From Podarcis vaucheri (Eukaryota): a DNA stretch of 64,000 nucleotides. The translations under genes and the position numbers were made by a program. The notes under the pieces were generated by a model. It did no database searches. It saw only the letters and a list, made by a program, of their open reading frames with translations, and was not told where the DNA came from. The DNA is taken from NCBI GenBank assembly GCA_965113315.1, contig OZ220368.1. One strand, given 5' to 3'. Shown in pieces: positions 61,501-64,000 of this stretch. Positions within the stretch are counted from its first letter, which is position 1. The number at the start of each line of letters is the position of its first letter.

Positions 61501-63988
61501 TGTTCCTTAGTGTGATGCATTTTCAATAACTTTCCTTGTCAATTGTTTCCAAAGGCATTGCTTTCGATTGACGATGACATGGACAATCCCGATGACAATG
61601 TGTTCTACCAAGTTCAATCACTCTTTGGTCACTTAATGGAGAGCAAGCTGCAGTATTACATACCTGAAAATTTCTGGAAGGTAATTCTCCCCACCCCCAA
61701 TTTTAACATGTAGATTTAGGTCTAAACATACTGAAACGCAGCAATACTAAAAGGGCTCTTACCTGTTTGAATATCTACCTTGGTTTTCGAACAGCTTAGT
61801 TCTCAAATGTTTTAGCTCCCGAATGCCGCAAACCTGGAAATGACTGTTCCAGTTTGCGAACTATTTTCCTGCAGCCAATCAGAAGCTGTACTTTGCTTTC
61901 CGAACATTTTGGAAGTTGAATGGACTTCCAGAACTGATTCTGTTCAACTTCCAAGGTGCAACTGTAATATATAGTTCTCCCTATTGGTCACAATCCAGTG
62001 GTGCAGATCACTGGCATGTTCTCCTCTCCTTCCACTAGGAGGCAAGCTTTTTCCAGGGAACTAAGATGCATCTGCTGCTATCCTTAAGAGTCTCAGTATC
62101 TTAAAGCAGTGACTCTATGGAATACATTTTATATTTTAGATCTTCAAGATGTGGAACAAGGAGCTCTATGTACGTGAACAACAAGATGCTTATGAGTTCT
62201 TCACAAGTCTTATAGATCAGATGGATGAATACCTCAAGGTTATTTTTATGTTTGTTATGGTGTTATAATTACACAGTAATTCTTTTCATTAACAGCCACT
62301 TCATGTATAAGCTAGTTGCTATTAGCATTTTTTTTATCTCTTACAGAAAATAGGGCGAGACCAAATATTTAAGAACACTTTCCAGGGAATCTACTCTGAT
62401 CAGAAAATCTGCAAGGACTGTCCTCATAGGTGGGTGAATTTTAACTAGGTTATTCCTAGTTACGGGTAGCCTACTTGGAAGAAAGAACTCATAATGTTAA
62501 CTACTGGAACATTGTAGGAGAAGTACTTGATTTTCATCTTTGTTTAGTGCCATTCAGTGACTTCATTTTAAAGGAGAAAAAACTCTTGATAAGTACATGG
62601 CCGATTTCCCCCCTCAACTTTTTCTTTCAGATTAGCATGATTCAGGCATGGAATTCTCCTTTCCACAGGCAGGGCCATGTCTGTCATTCAGCAGCTTTCA
62701 ACATTCCATGGGATATGGCCTACCCAGTCCTAACCCTGCCTGCTCTTTCAAGGCTCAACCATTTCTATCCTCCCTTCTCTGGATTATGTGGGAGAGGAGC
62801 CCGATCGCTTCTCAGTCAACACATTACATTAGATTTCTAAATTAATTTCTCAAGCCTTGATAATTCTCGTAGGTTTGGGTTTATACGAGCCGTTGCCAAT
62901 TCTTCATTTTTAAAAGTAGAAATAAAAAACAGCAGCTTGGTTGCAAATACGGAAAACATGTTCCCAGCAGATGATGTCTGACTCTTTCCCAGCCTTTTCC
63001 CAACCTAGTGCCTTCCAGGCGTTTTGGGCTACAACTCCCATCATCCCTGATCATTGGCCATGTTGAGTGGGCCTGATGGGATTTGGAATCCAAAACCTCT
63101 GGAGGCTGCCAGGTGAAGGAAGGCTGCCATAGGTCTGTTTCTATGGCACGTGCCTCCCCTATCCTGTATGACACCCCCCACTCCCATTTCCTTGTCAATA
63201 TGGTTAGTGTTGCATCTGTAATTATACTACTTAATTCTTCACAAATAGTAACCATGGTTAGTTTTTAAGCAGCAAACCCTCACCAGGATTGAAATTGCAG
63301 GGAGGACGGGTTGGAGCCATGAGTCTATAGCCTGCCATCTTATAGCACAATCCAAACTCAAGATCCTCTGGGATGAATGGGTTTGGTTCTGGCAGTTTTT
63401 GGGCTTCCTCAGCTGGGGATATGCTGGCAGAAGTCTTTCACCCTGTCTGAGGTAGAGGGTTGCCGACAGAAGTCTCAAAACAGGGAGGCATTCTGAGGGC
63501 CTGGCAGAGGTGGAACAGGGCAAGGAGAGACTTAGACCTTTTCCAAACCCCTTGCAATTAAGTCATGTGGCCTCACAACCCAGCAGAGCTTAGCCAGCAA
63601 AATGGGTGGTGTGAATCATATTCTTCCTTTACAGAGCTGGAAATAGGCTAAACTTAAGCCGATGTAAATTAAGATTTTCTACACTTAAGATTGCTCTGTA
63701 AACCATCAAAGGAGATGATAAGCCTCATGTCTGCAGTGGGTTTGACTGTTAAAGATATTGCCAAAAAGAGACATCTCTTAAACCATGAAACAATAGAGTT
63801 GGTAGTATTGCAGTCTAACCCTTTTTCATTATCCAATTTGGTGTAGGTATGAACGAGAGGAAGCCTTTATGGCTCTCAATCTAGGAGTCACTTCATGTCA
63901 AAGCCTGGAAATTTCATTGGATCAGTTTGTTAGAGGAGAAATTCTGGAAGGAAGTAATGCATATTACTGTGAGAAATGTAAAGAAAAG
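10341..63988 (+). CDS. USP24: Ubiquitin carboxyl-terminal hydrolase 24, coding exons 1-46 (gene incomplete at 3' end)
   Basis: N-terminus [19 protein letters not shown]...[18 protein letters not shown] (UBA domain). 46 exons with AG/GT or GC boundaries join in phase to 5574 nt (1858 aa) with no stop. USP Cys box [20 protein letters not shown] box and CKDC/CEKC motifs are present. Confidence 0.98.
16860..17079. mobile_element. Tc1/mariner-pogo MITE (family Y copy 3)
   Basis: TA|CAGTGGTACCTC...GAGGTACCACTG|TA; body similar to the copies at 5241 and 6922. Confidence 0.85.
17150..17797 (+). mobile_element. Decayed L2 LINE 3' fragment
   Basis: [35 protein letters not shown] resembles the L2 RT C-terminal motif (SRLDYCN...LQLVQNAAARLL); ends in a TAAATAAA tail. 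Confidence 0.7.
20910..21070 (+). mobile_element. Decayed CR1-like 3' end fragment
   Basis: GGCAGTATGCCTCTGAATACCAGTTGC...GGTCACTGT...ACAGAATG...CTCTTATATG resembles squamate CR1 3' UTRs; a similar piece lies at about 19200-19300. Confidence 0.4.
21650..21815 (+). CDS. USP24: USP24 exon 2
   Basis: cag|[10 protein letters not shown]...STYLARLG|gtaag; 166 nt. Confidence 0.95.
22582..22957 (-). mobile_element. Sauria-type SINE
   Basis: + strand reads AAAGGTAAAGGACCCCTGAC...CCAGAGCAGCGCACGGAAACGCCGTTTACCTTCCCGCC...GGTTTAGACCACAACGCCAC: tRNA-like head at the right, (TTTACC)n tail at the left. Confidence 0.85.
26330..26397 (+). CDS. USP24: USP24 exon 3
   Basis: aag|[22 protein letters not shown]|gtagg; 68 nt. 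Confidence 0.93.
27050..27193 (+). CDS. USP24: USP24 exon 4
   Basis: cag|[10 protein letters not shown]...LLAVFTM|gtatt; 144 nt. Confidence 0.94.
27383..27446. repeat. 18-bp tandem repeat x3.5
   Basis: TTGAATTRACAAGACATA units. Confidence 0.85.
27757..27960 (+). mobile_element. Old tRNA-derived SINE (Squam3-like)
   Basis: A box ATCTCAGTAGTAGAGC, B box GGTTCAATTTCTGGCATC; related fragments at about 23550-23680, 47670-47790 (-) and 51325-51410. Confidence 0.6.
28320..28442 (+). CDS. USP24: USP24 exon 5
   Basis: tag|[14 protein letters not shown]...ISTFQK|gtaaa; 123 nt. Confidence 0.94.
29230..29265 (+). CDS. USP24: USP24 exon 6 (36-nt small exon)
   Basis: tag|[12 protein letters not shown]|gtaag. 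Confidence 0.92.
30267..30332 (+). CDS. USP24: USP24 exon 7
   Basis: tag|[22 protein letters not shown]|gtaag; 66 nt. Confidence 0.93.
30695..30760 (+). CDS. USP24: USP24 exon 8
   Basis: tag|[22 protein letters not shown]|gtaac; 66 nt. Confidence 0.93.
31945..32019 (+). CDS. USP24: USP24 exon 9
   Basis: tag|[25 protein letters not shown]|gtaaa; 75 nt. Confidence 0.93.
32558..32692. mobile_element. Palindromic hAT MITE
   Basis: Perfect 8-bp TSD GTCTACAT (32550-32557 / 32693-32700); the whole element is a near-perfect hairpin; decayed relatives at about 50842-50966 and 62990-63130. Confidence 0.9.
32987..33145 (+). CDS. USP24: USP24 exon 10
   Basis: cag|RLVSIPELL...AKMNSLKE|gtaag; 159 nt. 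Confidence 0.95.
33862..33976 (+). CDS. USP24: USP24 exon 11
   Basis: tag|VTKLIEDS...VLSIALEG|gtaag; 115 nt. Confidence 0.94.
34748..34851 (+). CDS. USP24: USP24 exon 12
   Basis: tag|[11 protein letters not shown]...TKIWRIQ|gtgag; 104 nt. Confidence 0.94.
37258..38158 (+). mobile_element. 5'-truncated L1-clade LINE in intron 12
   Basis: ORF 37284-37802 with CWKC...FHLWWTC zinc knuckle; AATAAA + poly-A; TSD AGAAACA (37251-37257 / 38159-38165). Confidence 0.88.
38310..38417 (+). CDS. USP24: USP24 exon 13
   Basis: aag|[12 protein letters not shown]...LFVLIQK|gtgag; 108 nt. Confidence 0.93.
38579..38674 (+). CDS. USP24: USP24 exon 14 (GC donor)
   Basis: tag|[11 protein letters not shown]...ETTTGK|gcatga; 96 nt; the GC donor is needed to keep the frame open. 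Confidence 0.9.
38768..38929 (+). CDS. USP24: USP24 exon 15
   Basis: tag|[10 protein letters not shown]...KCIEDIKR|gttag; 162 nt. Confidence 0.94.
39381..39488 (+). CDS. USP24: USP24 exon 16
   Basis: tag|[17 protein letters not shown]...YQKQDK|gtaag; 108 nt. Confidence 0.93.
40880..41029 (+). CDS. USP24: USP24 exon 17
   Basis: aag|[14 protein letters not shown]...RYTYRE|gtaag; 150 nt. Confidence 0.93.
41204..41335 (+). CDS. USP24: USP24 exon 18
   Basis: cag|YLEAHLKF...VCELDRE|gtgag; 132 nt. Confidence 0.95.
41682..41793 (+). CDS. USP24: USP24 exon 19
   Basis: cag|[12 protein letters not shown]...YEITMNG|gtatg; 112 nt. Confidence 0.94.
42007..42083 (+). CDS. USP24: USP24 exon 20
   Basis: cag|[25 protein letters not shown]|gtaag; 77 nt. 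Confidence 0.93.
42748..42888 (+). CDS. USP24: USP24 exon 21
   Basis: tag|[14 protein letters not shown]...LNPRLKK|gtaac; 141 nt. Confidence 0.94.
43422..43490. repeat. ~22-bp tandem repeat x3
   Basis: CTTGTCACTGATTTGAAGTTAA units. Confidence 0.85.
43794..43847 (+). CDS. USP24: USP24 exon 22
   Basis: cag|[18 protein letters not shown]|gtaag; 54 nt. Confidence 0.93.
44459..44574 (+). CDS. USP24: USP24 exon 23
   Basis: tag|[10 protein letters not shown]...SVQSPYR|gtaag; 116 nt. Confidence 0.94.
46456..46522 (+). CDS. USP24: USP24 exon 24
   Basis: cag|[22 protein letters not shown]|gtaaa; 67 nt. Confidence 0.94.
46667..46992 (-). mobile_element. RTE-clade LINE 3' fragment
   Basis: Minus [25 protein letters not shown]...[21 protein letters not shown] (RTE C-terminus with C2H2-like finger); (GAA)n tail; sits inside an L2-like tail remnant. 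Confidence 0.85.
47330..47376. repeat. (TAA)n(TAC)n microsatellite
   Basis: Read directly. Confidence 0.9.
47983..48093 (+). CDS. USP24: USP24 exon 25
   Basis: tag|[16 protein letters not shown]...KDTFTVE|gtatg; 111 nt. Confidence 0.94.
48185..48437. mobile_element. Non-autonomous hAT (Charlie-like) element
   Basis: TIRs CAGGGGTCAGCAAACT / AGTTTGCCTACCCATG; 8-bp TSD ATGCAAAG/ATACAAAG. Confidence 0.8.
48648..48746 (+). CDS. USP24: USP24 exon 26
   Basis: cag|[13 protein letters not shown]...IFANDSL|gtatg; 99 nt. Confidence 0.94.
48822..48992 (+). CDS. USP24: USP24 exon 27
   Basis: cag|[10 protein letters not shown]...SSYAMEQ|gtaca; 171 nt. Confidence 0.94.
49742..49827 (+). CDS. USP24: USP24 exon 28
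   Basis: cag|EKSLPGVVM...ANLEEPR|gtaag; 86 nt. Confidence 0.94.
49963..50056 (+). CDS. USP24: USP24 exon 29
   Basis: tag|[15 protein letters not shown]...DSLGRK|gtata; 94 nt. Confidence 0.94.
51115..51270 (+). CDS. USP24: USP24 exon 30
   Basis: cag|KTLLSESN...FRVLYNLE|gtaag; 156 nt. Confidence 0.94.
51731..51917. mobile_element. Tc1/mariner-pogo MITE (family Z)
   Basis: TA|CCGTATTTTTTGCTCTATAGGACGCAC...GTGCATCCTATAGAGCGAAAAATGTGG|TA. Confidence 0.8.
52550..52647 (+). CDS. USP24: USP24 exon 31
   Basis: cag|[12 protein letters not shown]...LRAGGLS|gttag; 98 nt. Confidence 0.94.
53300..53436 (-). mobile_element. tRNA-Ile-derived SINE with CR1-type tail (copy 2)
   Basis: Reverse complement of the 4666 element head (CTCAGTTGGTTAGAGCATGGTGCTGATAATGCCAAGG) plus ATTCTATGATTCTA tail. 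Confidence 0.8.
53797..53892 (+). CDS. USP24: USP24 exon 32
   Basis: cag|[12 protein letters not shown]...ICLQLAR|gtatg; 96 nt. Confidence 0.94.
54010..54238 (+). CDS. USP24: USP24 exon 33
   Basis: tag|FLLVGQTMP...AARVAIQ|gtaag; 229 nt. Confidence 0.95.
54458..54617 (+). CDS. USP24: USP24 exon 34
   Basis: cag|[14 protein letters not shown]...RNRLSSSG|gtaca; 160 nt. Confidence 0.94.
54775..54930 (+). CDS. USP24: USP24 exon 35
   Basis: cag|[10 protein letters not shown]...LRSQQLG|gtagg; 156 nt. Confidence 0.94.
55196..55266 (+). CDS. USP24: USP24 exon 36
   Basis: tag|[23 protein letters not shown]|gtaag; 71 nt. Confidence 0.94.
55494..55829. mobile_element. Tc1/mariner-pogo element (family X, short copy)
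   Basis: Same TIRs as 3812-4648; TA TSD; internal (TTTTAGCGGC)n repeats. Confidence 0.88.
56121..56281 (+). CDS. USP24: USP24 exon 37 (GC donor)
   Basis: cag|[10 protein letters not shown]...IMRGVNQR|gcaagt; 161 nt. Confidence 0.92.
57073..57134 (+). CDS. USP24: USP24 exon 38
   Basis: tag|[20 protein letters not shown]|gtaag; 62 nt. Confidence 0.93.
57948..58139 (+). CDS. USP24: USP24 exon 39
   Basis: tag|[10 protein letters not shown]...GTEKEMLG|gtaac; 192 nt. Confidence 0.93.
58924..59041 (+). CDS. USP24: USP24 exon 40
   Basis: tag|[13 protein letters not shown]...QQDFHPK|gtaaa; 118 nt. Confidence 0.93.
60003..60147 (+). CDS. USP24: USP24 exon 41
   Basis: tag|[11 protein letters not shown]...ALSKEFD|gtaag; 145 nt. 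Confidence 0.94.
60389..60508 (+). CDS. USP24: USP24 exon 42 (catalytic Cys box)
   Basis: cag|[40 protein letters not shown]|gtaat; catalytic Cys codon at 60455-60457 (about residue 1691). Confidence 0.96.
61555..61680 (+). CDS. USP24: USP24 exon 43
   Basis: aag|[10 protein letters not shown]...IPENFWK|gtaat; 126 nt. Confidence 0.93.
61775..61966. mobile_element. Decayed Tc1/mariner-pogo-like MITE
   Basis: ...ACCTTGGTTTTCGAAC...CCAAGGTGCAACTG|TA; left end eroded. Confidence 0.5.
62140..62238 (+). CDS. USP24: USP24 exon 44 (QQDA box)
   Basis: tag|[20 protein letters not shown]...MDEYLK|gttat; 99 nt. Confidence 0.95.
62347..62429 (+). CDS. USP24: USP24 exon 45
   Basis: cag|[14 protein letters not shown]...ICKDCPHR|gtggg; 83 nt. 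Confidence 0.94.
63847..63988 (+). CDS. USP24: USP24 exon 46
   Basis: tag|[12 protein letters not shown]...[10 protein letters not shown]|gtaat; 142 nt. Confidence 0.94.
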
Positions 63989-64000
63989 GTAATGCTTCTC

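Noticed and set aside
10695-63846. U12-type introns or intronic snoRNA/miRNA genes
   Set aside because: No donor matches RTATCCTT, and I could not find a convincing C/D or H/ACA layout by eye; an Infernal/Rfam scan is needed to exclude them

Overview
Vertebrate genomic DNA, almost certainly a squamate (lizard, probably lacertid, judged from a Sauria-type SINE, tRNA-Ile/CR1-tail SINEs, and RTE, L2, Rex1 and L1 fragments). The window holds about 10 kb of repeat-rich upstream DNA, a CpG-island promoter, and the first 46 coding exons of the deubiquitinase gene USP24 on the + strand (10341..63988). By hand the exons join in phase into 5574 nt (1858 aa) with no stop codon, running from the N-terminal UBA domain into the USP catalytic domain (Cys box [12 protein letters not shown]). 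The gene continues past the window. I found no convincing new multi-gene system. The best second-look items are: a strong-context uORF in frame with the USP24 start; two GC-AG introns, one with a competing GT donor that would add an in-frame stop; apparent absence of a 16-aa segment I recall from human USP24; a decayed hammerhead-ribozyme motif in a Penelope-like remnant; a young hAT MITE with TTAGGG/G-runs in the promoter; three solo LTRs with TSDs, one hit by a MITE in its TATA box; a Rex1/L1/Tc1-mariner nest; and three ETS-IRF composite motifs in intron 1. Family names come from memory of consensus features, not from searches.
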